Counted from the stretch's first letter, positions 29,301 to 43,240 are shown. The stretch is 64,000 bases of DNA from Eledone cirrhosa (GCA_964016885.1 OZ024756.1:24552001-24616000); one strand, 5' to 3'. Notes: a model not told the origin generated them from the letters alone. Numbers and translations are program-made.

Positions 29301-32300
29301 AACAGATTTGAACTCATGCCTGTGTAAACAGTAGTCAAGCATCTTCATTTCTGACCTCCTTTCTTCAACATGTCTATTTAGCATGGTGTATTTCCTCTTT
29401 AGGTGGCAAATTGGCAGAGTTGTTAGAATGTTAGATAGCGCGCTTTCTGGTACTCATTCCAGCTCTCTAAGTTCAAATATCACCAGGGTCGACTTTACCT
29501 TTTATACTGTCAATAAAGTACCAGTCCAGTACTGGGGTTGATTCTTCCTCTATATCTCTTTCTCACTCTTCTTTCTCACTTCTCTCTGACTGTCTCAGTC
29601 TCATTTCTTCTCTATGATTTTCTTTCTCTTTTCTTTCTTCTCTTTCTCCCCTTTCTCTCTCTAGAAGAAATCGACAATATTCAAACCTGGAGAAGGGAGG
29701 GGCTTCTCCAGGTTTAAAATATCTAAGACACAGACTCTATCAGGAGTTACAGACCCATACATTCATACATATATAAATTTCCTTTTTTCTTGTTTATTTG
29801 CAGTCTATTGTATGATGTCCGAGATGGTGATGGTATGGCAGTAAACCCAGAAACAAGGATGCGAGAAGAATACTGGGGTGGCCACTTTAGTCCCATGATT
29901 ATTCCACGGATGTATGCTTCAATGATCAGCTATGCTCAGAAATTGATGGAAGAGGAAGGCCTCAGTGAACCATCACTTTTACATTGGTCCATTTCTAAGG
30001 CTCCTTATAGAAGGTAACTTTGTTGAATGTTCTACTTATTTTAAAGTTTGATGGAAGAGGAAGGCCTCAGTGAACCATCACTTTTACATTGGTCCATTTC
30101 TAAGGCTCCTTATAGAAGGTAACTTTGTTGAATGTTCTACTTATTTTAAAGTTTGATGGAAGAGGAAGGCCTCAGTGAACCATCACTTTTACATTGGTCC
30201 ATTTCTAAGGCCCTTTATAAAAGGTAACTCCATTTCTAAGGTCTCTTACAAAAGGTAACTTTGATGTGAATTCTACATATTAAAGTTTGAAGAAACACAC
30301 CAACATGTATACATGTATGTACTCCAACAAAATAGCTTCTTCATAGACACAAAAGAATGAAAAATTCAGTTCAATTTGTTTTGTTTTTATCCTCAGTCTA
30401 TTACAGTTTGAAATTTTAAATTACTAAAATAATTTTCTAGCATTAGCAAACAGTCACACCATTAAAAAAAAAAGGATTTAGATTAACTCTTTAGCATTTA
30501 AACTGGCTGTATCCAACCAGAATTCTTTCACCTCTTTCTGTTCAAACCAGCCGTAACTGGCCAATTATACTGATGTTAAGGTATTGTTTTCAAAATGAAT
30601 AATATCAAAATCTCATAGATTCAATATTATGTGAGATAAAGCCTTTACTGCGAAAATATAATATTAAATATAGAGTAATGCAAATGCTAAAGGGTTAAGG
30701 TAGTCATTTTGGCAGATTCATTAGAGCATTGGATATTTGTTCAGGGTCTCTGAGTTCAGATTTCACCAAGGTCCTCTATGCATTTTATTCTTTCAGAGTT
30801 GAGAGAGTGTCAGTGTTTGTTTGTAACTGCATGGGTACCTAAAATTCTTAGCAATAGTAAAGGTTGAACCTCAGTTGAACCTCAGTGATTGATGGATACT
30901 TTTTTTTATTGAATTTGTGGGAAAGAATGGTGAACTGTTGAGTGAGGTGAGATTTAAACATAGAACAAAACAGATCTTCCTGGATCAGAGGAAAAGCATG
31001 GTATAAGATGGGATGATTTTAATCCTAATCAGGTATAATTTAAGGCACCTTGTAAGGACTGATACAAGCCAAATTGGGTGGTCCTAACACTTCTCAAGAA
31101 ACTTCTTTTGCTTAGATCTCCATGAGTCAGAGGGAAAGAAAAAAACCGAGGTGCAGAGGTTGCCAAGAGAGTTAGCAATGCTGGACATAAAACCATTAAT
31201 AGGGTCCTACTCTATTTGTAGGTTTGATAAATGACTGTTGACACCTTGTTCAGTTAAAAACTGTCCTTGGAGACAAGTATTGTTTTTTTTTTGTTGTTGT
31301 TGTTTTTGTCCTGCCAGGGTGTCCATCCACCCTCCACACTCCATGGTGAAACCCTAGAATGGCGTTGCTTGTTCAATGATGGCCTGACTATGAAATAGGT
31401 AATGTTGCTTTACATGATAGCCAGTCTATCCAAAGTCCAGATAGACATCAAGCCAGAGCTTATCATGATTTCATTGACACTAAGTGACTGAGAGTACAAG
31501 ACTTGCCTCTGGGCAGGGCACCAGTTCACCAGAGTTAGCTCTCAGCTGCTTCTGATGGTAATAATTTTTTCAGCTGAGTGAACTGGAACAACATGAAATG
31601 AAGTGCCTTGCTGAAGGACACAATGCAGCACCTGGTCCACAAATCGATCCACAACTTTACAATCATGAGCCCAACGCTCCAACCATTAGGAAATGTGCCA
31701 TGAAATGATTAGCAGAAATAGATTATCAGATCTGCTCAACATACATAACACCCATAATTTTATTCTGGGTACCACCTCCTTCTATCACATTGATTTTACA
31801 CACACACGCACACACACAAACACCCACTCACCCACACACACACACACACACACAAATACTCACACACACACAAACACCCCCCACCCCACCCCCACACACA
31901 CAAATACTCACATACACAAACACCCACACACAGACACCCACATACACATAAATACATGTGTACACACACACACACTTACACAAACACATACACACAAACA
32001 TACACAAAACATGTGCACCCACACCCACACAGACAGATATACTATAAGCTTCTCAGCTAATATCAGAAACACTCCCAAACACACCTCAGAAACACATGTC
32101 CACACACATCCACACACACACACACACAGAGACACACAGACAGACATACAATAAGCTTCTCAGCTAATATATTATTTTCCTTCAATTCATAGGTTTGTAG
32201 CGTTTGGATCATCTAAAGCTGTCCAAAAGAATCCCCTGTTTTATGAGTTGATCAAAGATGTCTTCAAAAGCTATAAAATTCCTTATGAAATAGTCCAAGC

Positions 32301-32880
32301 TGACTTTGAAGGTCGTTACAACCAAGCTACATGCAACCTGCAAGCGTTCAGCCCTTATACAACACCTTATCACAAATTCCTCGATAATCTTCATGAAACC
32401 AAGATGAACATGGGTATAGTGGGTATGATCAAGCTGCTTGAGAAGAAGCCGCAACAAGCCTCTCTGGCCAGTCTTTTCCCACTGCACGCTTGCACGAACC
32501 ACTCTTGTGATAACAACGCCGACATATTAGATGGCGAGGTCTTCAGTCGACCAGGGATCTGGGTGATGGCACGGCGCCACATTAGCAAAGGGGAAGAAAT
32601 TCACATCACCTATATAGACACGTCAATGCAGCAGAAACTACGAAGGGCTTGGCTATATCGGTCATTTCACTTCTGGTGCAAGTGTCGCCGTTGTGAATTC
32701 GAGGGGACTGACCCAGAAATATGCACCAACTGCCATAAGAAAGCACCGGAAGGTAAAAAGTTTGCTGTTTGCAGTCGATGTAAAAAAGCCTGGTATTGTT
32801 CAACAAAGTGTCAAAAATGTTCATGGAAGAATGGACATAAGAGTATCTGTGAAAAGGCTGAGCCAGTAAAAGAAAAGTAG
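26323..32880 (+). CDS. TPR + split SET/MYND + post-SET + second MYND protein (SMYD-type lysine methyltransferase, SMYD5-like core), ~731 aa
   Basis: Coding exons 26323-27106, 27456-27969, 29804-30013 and 32193-32880. All introns are GT-AG, phases 1/2/2 are consistent, and the total is 2196 nt. Motifs: TPR helices, YGKAVVATKDI, CDNC...CEEC...YCSKACR..AWEGFHRVLC, NHSC...GEEIHITY, CKCRRC and a terminal CTNC..CSRC..YCSTKCQ...HKSIC. Confidence 0.9.
29943..30290 (+). repeat. 105-bp tandem duplication of the 3' end of SMYD coding exon 3 with its donor site
   Basis: Units start at 29943, 30048 and 30153, with a further partial copy at ~30230-30290. Confidence 0.9.
30483..30698 (+). mobile_element. 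TTAA-flanked piggyBac-like MITE
   Basis: TTAA|ctctttagcattt ... aaatgctaaaggg|TTAA. Confidence 0.7.
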
Positions 32881-33157
32881 TAATGTACACACTCTCACAC
32901 ATACATATACACACACGCACACATATACATACATATTCACACACATATGTACACATACACACATATATATATGCACAAATTCTATATATGAGTGTGTGTG
33001 TATGGTGTTAGGAAGGGCATCCAGCTGTAAAATCTCTGGCCAAATTTACAGTCCTCGTAGGAGCAAGGTTTCTGGCCAGACTTGTCGCCTGACGTGGACG
33101 ACATGTCTAACCCATGCAAGCATGGAAAAATGGACGATAAATGGTGATGATGATGAT

Positions 33158-33188
<31 letters not shown>

Positions 33189-33295
33189 ATCATTCACAGA
33201 TAAGAAAAATACAAAAGTGTCAATGAGGATTGATTTGCTAGGAATTCCCTCAAATCACATCCTATGTTATAAAAAAAAGAAAAGGTTACATTAAA

Positions 33296-33485
33296 TAATT
33301 ATTTCTACTTTTGGCACAAGGCCAGCAATTATCCAGTGTATTACTGGTACTTTATTTTATCAACCCCGTAAGGATAAAGGCAAAGTTAACCTCGACGGGA
33401 TTTGAACTCAGAATGGCAGGGGCCATAACTCTATGCGTCAAAGCATAGCGTCCGACCCTCTACCGATACTGCCAATCAACCGCCA
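33296..33485 (-). mobile_element. SINE family A with TSD, downstream of the SMYD stop codon
   Basis: Flanked by gttacattaaataat direct repeats. Confidence 0.8.
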
Positions 33486-35492
33486 AAGTTACATTAAATA
33501 ATGAAATCCAGATATCCCTTAAAAGATGGAAAGGTCAAGATCATGGTTAAAATACCTCACATCATAACTCTGGTTGGTGAAAGTTGACCTGTGGTTAAAT
33601 AACAACATAAAAGTATTATGTTAACTTCACCATCAGAAGATGAAGTAATGGGACAGGAGTATTGGAGTGTTGGCTCTCCACAAACTTATTTAGGACTCTT
33701 TACTTCAGTCTACCTAACTGACAAATGGGTTTCACTCATAGCTCTTGAGTCCTTTTTAAGGCATTGTTTTACAGCTAGAAACATTTCCTAGTGCAAACCC
33801 TTTTAGTTCCTTCTTGCAACACTTAGGGACATGGTGTATCCAGACATGTAACTAGGGTACAGCAAGCATGGCACATGACATGGGCACCTCTTGGACAAGG
33901 AGCATTTTTTTTTTATTAAAGCTGTCTTCAGAGAGTGAAAAAAGAAACTACTTCAAATATATGATCTGTCTTTGATTATCAAGGGTGAGAAGCACTGTGG
34001 TGGCTGGATCATTATACCATTTATATAAATTATTACGCCCATAGTTAAAAATACAGTGCTGAGCAGAGGCACAGTTTCCCTGTTTGCCATAGGTGCTATT
34101 TTCCTTACTTATACCTATTCTAAACTATATACACACACAGATATGGGGTACCTATTCTAAACTAGATACACAGAGATACAGTGAACCTATTCTAAATTAG
34201 ATGCACACAGGGGTATGGGGTATTTATTCTAAAGTCAATACATGCAATATTAAGTTTTATAACTTCTTTATGCCCATTCTAAGAGGGATGAAAAAAAACG
34301 AACAATCAAATGATAAAAAATATTTTAAATAATCATACATATGTGTTTATATTTTCAAAATTCTGATTTGTTTTGAATAAAGGATGGAAATGAAATGTGA
34401 TAATGTTTATACTTTTGAGATATTTTTTGTGGCATTAGCCAGGACAAGGAGCAGAAAGCATTCATACAGCAGACAATATGCGTAAATCTATGCAGACATG
34501 CTGACCACTGTAAAGAAAAAATAAAATGAGATGGTATGTACAGTTGTAGTGAAAAAGGTGATGTAGTGAAGTGTAGTAGAAGCGGTTGGGGAGTTGTTGA
34601 AATTTCAGTGCTGAATTGATGTAAAAATGGGATGAATTGGTTTGTGCGTGTTGTTCATCTGAGCATGGCAGAGGTTGTAGTAGTAAATTTGTTGGCTAGC
34701 TGGGTGATTATGCATCATGTAAAAATTGTCCCATATATGTATATGCACTGGAGAGAAAATGCTGAGGAATGAACAAATGAAAGCATGGTTGCTACTAAAA
34801 TATATTTATTAAGTTAGTAGCTTGCTATAGGGTTATTGTGGACAATGTAATGAAAACAAGGTTTAAGTTGTTGTAATATGTGCAATGATTTAAAATATGG
34901 TATTTACTGTTTTTGTAATGAGATCTAGGTCGTTTGTCTGGCAATGACAGAAACCAAGTGAGAGAGAGAGAGTCCCACCAGGTTTATGTGAGACAGTGGA
35001 CTACATCTTGACTGCTTGAAATCCTCTCTGCAACTCAAAGTGATCCTTCTCTTCTGAAAAACCCAAATGGAATGACTTAGAGAAAAACTCATCTCATTTA
35101 ACCCCAAGCTGGCCAGTCTCTCCAGACCACTGATGCCAACCTGAGATAGAGAGAAACAGCTCTGCTGTTTCATTTGGAGGTCAAGTTTTTGGTGGCCGGT
35201 TGATAAACCATGTGGAAGAGAGTATCAAATTACTGTTACACGGTCACATGACAAGATCTGATTGATTGGTTGTCCAAGGAACTGTTCAGAGGGGAAAAGA
35301 AGGCAAGGCTGTCTGAAAAAGGATGGATGGATAACATGAAGGAATGGACCAGTAAGGTAGTATCTAAATTTATTGACCAGAGAGTACATTTAATACTGTG
35401 ACTGTTGGAGAGATATATTGTAGTCATGGTGGTAGTGGTTGTAGTAGTAGTGATGGTGGTAGTAGCAGTAGTAGTAGTAGTAATAGTAGTGA

Positions 35493-35534
<42 letters not shown>

Positions 35535-37299
35535 TAGTGATGATGGTAGTAGTAGTAGAAGCTATAAAAGCAAGGGCATACATGATTTGGTGAAACCTAT
35601 TAATATCGGTACTCCAGTGACGTGTGGCCTGGGAAGAGTGGGGGGGAGGGGTGTCCATATGTAGTATCTTCAGCACAGACGTGTGTTGTTTAGATGTGAT
35701 AAGGAGCAGATCGATAATGGGGCAGAAAGAAAAGTATGGGTAACATAGATAAACCGTAAGGAATACTAGTCGACGATAGTGGTGGTGTGTGTTGTGTGCG
35801 AAAAGGGTAGATATTTAACGAAGGGTATTAGTAAGGAATTGTTAGATGATTATACATGGTTGTTAGAATGAAATAACAAGAATGGTCGATTTACTTTATA
35901 TATAAAAAGGTTTACTTCAATTCAATAAAAAAGAACAATAAATGAGTTGCGAAGGTTGACAATGTTAGTTTGTTGTTGGTTCATGAGGCTGGTGTAGTCT
36001 GCAACCAAGAGAGAGAGTAATGGTCTGTAGTTGACTGTAGACCACTGTGGCCTGTAGATAGCAGTGATCTTTACATAGCTTATTGTTAGCGTAATGGTCC
36101 GATCTCTCTGTATAACGTGGGAATATACAGGCTTTATATACCTGTCACTTTCTGTCTCCCACCTTTGAGGAGATAGCCCACGCATGAACCTGTTCACACC
36201 AAAAGGGTGGTGACCTAGAGTTTGACCCTTAGGTGTCACCCAAGGTTAAAGACGTGGACAGATTTCGCTACAGATGTATTATCGCGTTTCATAAAACTCC
36301 TTCGAATATTGATCGACCCAAGGACAGCAATTTTGGCGGAAAGAGAAAGTCAATTATATTGACCCCAATACATGAGTTGTTGCTATTTTATAGCAGTTTA
36401 ACTTTCACGTTGAAGGATCAAACCTGGAACCTCATGATTCTGAAGTGAACTTCTTAACGATTTAGCTATGCTACATATTGGAGTTGAGTCTTCTCTTTTT
36501 GTCTCCCTCCAAATTGACGCTGTCCCTTTCCCCCAAGAAATGGAGGAGGGGTAGGTGAAGGGCTAGCTACGTCATAAGTCTAAAGACTATCTGAAGCTCA
36601 CCAGACCGGTGCTTATCCGTGACGTGAAGCGACTGAGAGTACACGACTTCCTCCTGGACATGACGCCAGTCCATCGTAGGGTTACCCCCTCACTCATTTT
36701 TCAGCTGAGTATATTGGAATAACGTTTAATGAAGTGTTTTGCTCAAGAACACAACACAAAACCCAGCCCAGGAATCGAACCCACAACATTATAATCACGG
36801 CACCACAGCAATACCGCGAAGAAAATATTCGAGTTTGTCTGGAAACTCGTTGCTGACATTCACCCAGTTACATGGTGAACGTTAGTGGTGAGTGACCGTC
36901 GGTCAAGAGCAAGTAATTGTCTGATCCAAATAGGTGGTCAGGTCAATTGAAAGGCAATTGAACTGATTACTATTGGGGTTTTTTAACACATACACAGGCA
37001 CACATACGTCCATGCACAAACACACATACCTCCACACACACACACATAGACACACAGAGGCACACATACACACACATAGAAACACATATCTCCACACACA
37101 TATATACACACACATACTTACTCATACATAGACAAATAAATAAATGAATGAATAATACATTTTGTTAAAACTGAGAAAATTCCACAAAATTCAAACGAAC
37201 AATTTAAAGCTGCATTTTATTAATTCCCAATTTTAGCCTTTAGTAAAACCATTTCCTCATATTTAACCTTCGCTGGTTGCTAAAATTGAATCTCCTTCT

Positions 37300-37570
37300 C
37301 GCACCTTGGATGCTGCGGTAAATGTGAGGGTCTCTGCTTCCGTATCCGAACGGAATGACATTTTAAAATACTGGGAATTATCGACAAACTATTTTTACCA
37401 GCCTGTTGCATTCGAGGCATTTGGAAGAGTTGGACAGTTGACGACGAAGTTCTTGTCATCGTTAGCGGCTCGCTATACCGCGGTGTCATGTGATGCCCGT
37501 GATAGCGCTTGGTTGTCCGAACACCTTAGCCTCGCTATCACCCACGGTAACGCTTGCCTCAAAAGGTAGT
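37300..37570 (+). mobile_element. 3' remnant of a CRE-like (restriction-like endonuclease) non-LTR retrotransposon
   Basis: KY..LS.NYFYQPVAFEAFG...FLSSLAAR...SAWLSEHLSLAITHGNA fits the usual C-terminus of these elements. Confidence 0.6.
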
Positions 37571-38667
37571 AGAAGGAGGCTACCAAATCTACTTCCATTA
37601 ATATTTATTCTTTCTCTTATTTAAATTAATTTTTTTTTTCATCCATTTCCTAATTTGACAGTCTGTTGAAAACAAAATGTCCTTTTCAGTCATATATGCT
37701 TGACATAGCGCTCGGATTTGAACATCAAGCCTAAAACACTCGATCCAGGTTTCCGGTCTGATAATACATTCCGGGACGTCTTAACAGTATTATCGGCCCT
37801 TGGACAAAGCAGTGCACTGAGGTCATTAGAAACTGTGGGTCAATCATCTGATATGAAATATTTCTTGATGCAGCTGATAGTTGCTACCTGTCAGGAAAGT
37901 ACGTTTATATTCACTGTTTGGAATCTCGTCGGATGAACAGTACCTGTAATCAGAGGCGTAACTAAGGTATGGCTAGCACGCCTCCTACCATTGGCATCAT
38001 TTGGACTAGGAACACTTTTTATTAAAGTCAGATACGCTATCTTCAGGGAGAAGCAAAAGAAACTTCTTCGGATGTATGATCTGTCTTTGATTAGCATGGA
38101 GGGTATTTTCCCTAGTTTTCCCTGTCTGTAATTCAAAGAACAATCTTTGTCACATACTGTGTTTCACTGACTCTACCCGAGAATTACATTAAGGATACGC
38201 GTGTCTGTGGATTGCTCAGTCAATTACAGTTGTAATATTGAGTTTTATGATTGGACAGTTTTTCAAAAAAAAAAAAAAAAAAAAAAAAAACCTTGGTATG
38301 GCATTCAAACCTTGCCCACCACATTAGAAGCTTAAATAAAGTTTGACGACTTAGAATAAAAATTGAAACTGAGTCGTGAATTCGAATAATCTGTATGCAA
38401 AAAAAAAAAGAGAGAGAAAACAAGAAAAGAATTTTAAAAAACTTAACCAGACAAAAAAAAGAACCCCCCCCCCCCCAGTCTATGGAATAGTTCATTTAGG
38501 ACTATTAAAAAAAAAAAGTATGTATATATATATATAGATCTTCCCGCCTCGTTGTTTATTAGAGAATAAATAGAAGGAAGCTACAACGACTAGTATTTCA
38601 AACGTTGGAAATTGTGCTTGTTTGTTGGCTTCAATTCAATTCAGGAAGATTATTTACCAAGGCGAAA

Positions 38668-39288
38668 ATGGCAGAGTCGACAAAAAATGACAGAAACTCC
38701 TTTTTGAACAACATGAGCTATAATCAAAGTATGGGCAATTTGTTGCGAACATCGAATGAATTGTGGCCAACATCTCGTCCATCAGTTAATTCCATTAATT
38801 TCAGTAACGAGCAACACGTAGAAATGAACGAACGAGGAGGATCGCCGCAATATCAGTATCAACACTACGACCGACATCCGAACCGACTGCACAAAATCAG
38901 TTACAATACACACTGGCTCTATATGCTCGCCTATCTGTCGTTGTCTTTGTTTAGTTTTGTCTGCTGCACGATACATCTGTTGACGATAATGCGGAACATT
39001 TCGAATACCCCGATTGAGTATTTAGATATCATTCTAGACCTCGTCATACAGGCTAACTCCATATTAATTTGCTGTCTCGTCTTCCCCGTTTCCAAAGGCA
39101 CTGTTTTCCGAACCTTCCGTTTAGTCCTATGTCTCCTATGTGCCTCGTTTCAATTATTGGCAGCTATTGTTATCTTCGGCTTACAATACGATTGGCTTTT
39201 GTTATGCGTGCTCATCAGTAGTAGCACACTTTTAATTCTGTTGTGTGTACCGAGATTGATGAACCATCCAGCATTTCAAAACCCATAG
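38668..39288 (+). CDS. Single-exon 206-aa uncharacterised membrane protein (hydrophilic N-terminus plus ~4 TM segments)
   Basis: Good start context (aaaATGg), 620 nt of open non-repetitive frame, four hydrophobic stretches and AATAAA at ~39484. No family recognised. Confidence 0.65.
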   Translation: MAESTKNDRNSFLNNMSYNQSMGNLLRTSNELWPTSRPSVNSINFSNEQHVEMNERGGSPQYQYQHYDRHPNRLHKISYNTHWLYMLAYLSLSLFSFVCCTIHLLTIMRNISNTPIEYLDIILDLVIQANSILICCLVFPVSKGTVFRTFRLVLCLLCASFQLLAAIVIFGLQYDWLLLCVLISSSTLLILLCVPRLMNHPAFQNP

Positions 39289-40280
39289 CCAACGAGCTTG
39301 GGCTCTTTATATATATCCGTATATGGTTGGCGGCTGAGAGAAAGGAGTACTCAGTGACAGTAAAGATTTAATATTCATTTTTTATTAACGCTAAATAGCA
39401 AGTCTTGTTACTCTGAAGTTACGCCTTTGTATCACAAGGTTACAGGCAAAATACCAGAGTAACAAGACTCACCATTTAGCCTTAATAAAATTGTGTGTGT
39501 GTACGCACTCGCACACACTCGATCCCAGTAGCGTGGATAACTTATGTGCAACCCGGAGCAGCCCTTGAGTTTTCCCCTCCCCCATTCAAGCACCACAAAA
39601 AACTAACATATTGCATAGTGATTCCCATTTAAATTGTCGCCCCCATTAAAGAGTTCCCTCCCCTTACTCCACTAGCTACACCACTGATTGTTCAGACTTT
39701 TCATTTTAAAAAAAAATTTTTTCAATTTAATTTATTTTAGACTTTTCAATTGTTTTTAAAAATAATTACTGGTTTTGGGGGTTTTTTATTTTTTTTTTTT
39801 TTTTAAACCTTGTACATATGACCAAATATTTTAAATACTCTGGCTGTTGCTGTTTTAAACACGAATAACGTTTTATTACATAGTCTTATATACTTAATCT
39901 TTTTTTTTCTTTTGGCCCGTGTTAAACGACTTTTGTCCATATTTTTTTTTTTTTTTTTTTTTAACACTGATAAGGTTTCTAAAAATCTTATAAGAAATGC
40001 TTGTAGGATTCAATCGTAAGCTGCCAACCACACAAACTCGAATAAACGCGAATAAGCTTGAATAGACAAGCAATCCCTATGTAAATTTGCTTGACTCGCG
40101 TACACCCTGTGAATCACCGCCACTATAATATATATATATGTGTGTGTGTGTAATTAAAAAAACCTTTTTCCAAACTTCAGGATTCTCGTCTCCTCACAAC
40201 ATTAAGAACTTTGCTAGATGAATTTTTTTTTTTTTTTTTTTTTTGCTGACACATGTTTTTAATATAATTTGTAATAGTTG

Positions 40281-40495
40281 GGCGCTGGATTGGCAATAAT
40301 GGTAGAGCGTCGGACAACATGCTTTATGGCGTAGTTACGGCTTTTTACGATCTAAGTTTAAATCCTGCCGATGGTAGCTTTGCCTTTCATCCTTACGAGG
40401 TCGATAAAATAAAGTACCAGTAATGCACTGGAATCGATTTAATCGACTTTCTTCTCCACATAATTGTTGGCCTTGTGCCTGAATCAGAAACCAAT
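40281..40495 (+). mobile_element. SINE family A (long-tail variant)
   Basis: Same body motif, with TSD-like aatataatttgtaatagtt/aatataacttatagtt. Confidence 0.75.
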
Positions 40496-41290
40496 ATAAC
40501 TTATAGTTAATTTTCCAGATAGCTTGACAGGGTATGGTGGTGATAATGTTTGGATAGCTTAAAATTATAAATCTGTTATTGTTCTGTTACAATGACACCA
40601 TGAAAAATATCCGAATATTGTATCTATTTGCTTGAATTGTTTATGAGCGGTAGGGAAACATGTATAACTTTAGATCACGTCTGGACGTTGCTGAGCCTAC
40701 CATCTGATTAATTCCCAATCCTTTCGGGTTCGATACCAATGCGTGGTATCTTGGGCAAGTGTCATTTATCATAGCTTCGTAGCAACCTATTTCTTGTGAA
40801 GTTGGGTAAGCCCGTCGGATGGACTTTACATGTAATTATAAGGGCCCAACCATATCGCAATGAATCTCCTTGAGAATTACATTGAGGGCACGCGTGTCTC
40901 TGAAATGTTGAGCCACTTGCACGTTAATTTCAAGAGCAGGTTGTTCCTGTGATCGAACAACTGGAACACTCATCGTTGAAATTGATGGAGTTCCATCATT
41001 TTAATCTCCAATCGTAACTGTTAAGTTTTAGGTTGTTAAAGGACACTAAAATATGGTAACTTCTCATTCCCTCTTCTCTGGAGTTAATGGAATTCATTGA
41101 TGGCTTCTGCTAGTTACGACGTATTTAAAAGTAGCCCAAATGGTGTTCAGCGTTGGAGTTAAACCGACTTTGAGCAAGCGAAAGACCGTTGAAGAAAATG
41201 TGGGGATGGAGAATTTGTTGATTCTTGTTTGTTTATATTCAAAGGGGACCCAAATATAAAACTGATACGTAACCTTAAATGTATTATCGG

Positions 41291-41630
<340 letters not shown>

Positions 41631-42154
41631 ACAATCGGTTTGTTGGATAGCAGTCACACAGCAGTTCATTTGGTGAGAGGTGCAAGGAACACACATAGAC
41701 GTTTGTTCGTCTTTTTCAGACTTGAGCAACAAAATTATTTAAAATTTAATGGAAATCTATATATTACTATAAATTTAAAAAAAACTTTTTCCGCTCTACA
41801 TGGCTGAATACAATAAATGTAATCTGAGTTTTTCAAATGTCAACAGCAGAGCAAGAATGAAGGGTTCATTCTACTGATATGGCTATAAAATTGAGGCTTG
41901 TTTGCATAATTGCAAACGAATCGAATGTTATTAATATTCGAAAAACTCAGATTACATATATATACTACTAAAACTCTGCGATTGCTTGCTTGCCTGTAAT
42001 GTAATACAGCCAAAGGGGGCGCTTAATAGGAAAATACTTTGAAAGGAAGTTGACCCTGAGATGGGAATACAAATGGAATAAAACAAGGGTTTTTCCGGGT
42101 ACCTTCATAAATAGAGAGAGAGAGAGAGAGAAAAAAGAGATAGCGGTTGTGAAA

Positions 42155-43240
42155 GTAAAAGTGATGAAAAATGTGTCCCGGATGTGCGACCCAACTGAAA
42201 TGGAAAGGCACATCCAACACTTCATCAATCGCATGAAATTCTCTGGCTACAATCAAAGAGACAGAATCAGAGTATACAAAGGAGCCATGGAGAAATATAA
42301 GACCCTATAGAAATGGACATGAAAGGAATTTGCCATTATACAGGAGCAAATCATGGAATAACTTAGATAAGACTAAACATAAGATAGGGAAAGCCACTTT
42401 ATGGTACGACAACCAGAGATACCAGAGTGTCATGTTCGTGGATGCTACCGCTGGAGGGAAATTAGCTAAGCAATGTAGAAAGGCCCTAAGAACGACCCAT
42501 CTAAAGATTAAAGTGGTAGAAAGACCAGGAACTACCAAAAGATCCCTGATCAGCAAGACATACCCCTTTAAGAAAACCCACTGTACGAATAAGAAATGTA
42601 GAATGAACCCCCAGATAAATTGTAAAACTAGAAATGTAGTCTATAGCATAATATGTACAGAGGGTACTTGCAGAAACATGACAACGACATACATAGGTGA
42701 GACAGCTCGAAGTAATGGAGAAAGAATAGACCAACACTAGGGAGAACTAAAAGGATAAAAAACGGTTCAGTATTATATGAACACACTAGACAAAGTTATG
42801 ACGGTAATAGAGACAACATAGAAATTAAAATAATATCTAAGCATAGAAATGACTCAACAGGTAGACAAATCAGAGAAGCAGATGAGATAGAACTAACAAG
42901 ACCGCAGTTTAACAGAAAGAACGAATGGAATAACAACAACAACCATACCTAAACAATACTGGAATATAAATAAATAAATATATACACAAGTACAATAACA
43001 ACAAACACATATCAACACACACTAGTGACCAAATATAGAATACAAAACACATACACTCAAACGCGAACACACACACCAAATATTATACACACACGCAACG
43101 CATGCGCGGAGACGGAGACAAGAAGAAATTAATTAATTAATTAAATAAAAATGGCGTAAACTTTACAATACAATGGGGGGGACATAACAGTACCAATGAT
43201 GATGTCGCATATATGCGACGAAAGAAGTTTGATAGACTAT
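42155..43240 (+). mobile_element. 5'-truncated Penelope-like retroelement (RT C-terminus, GIY-YIG endonuclease and 3' UTR), disrupted
   Basis: FINRMKFSGY..; VMFVDATAGGKLAK; CKTRNVVYSIICT..C....YIGETARS.GERIDQH. It contains stops and frameshifts and ends in (TA)n after a hammerhead-like motif. Confidence 0.85.

Noticed and set aside
35236-35676. Poly-Thr/Ser/Val ORFs
   Set aside because: (GTA)n trinucleotide repeat.
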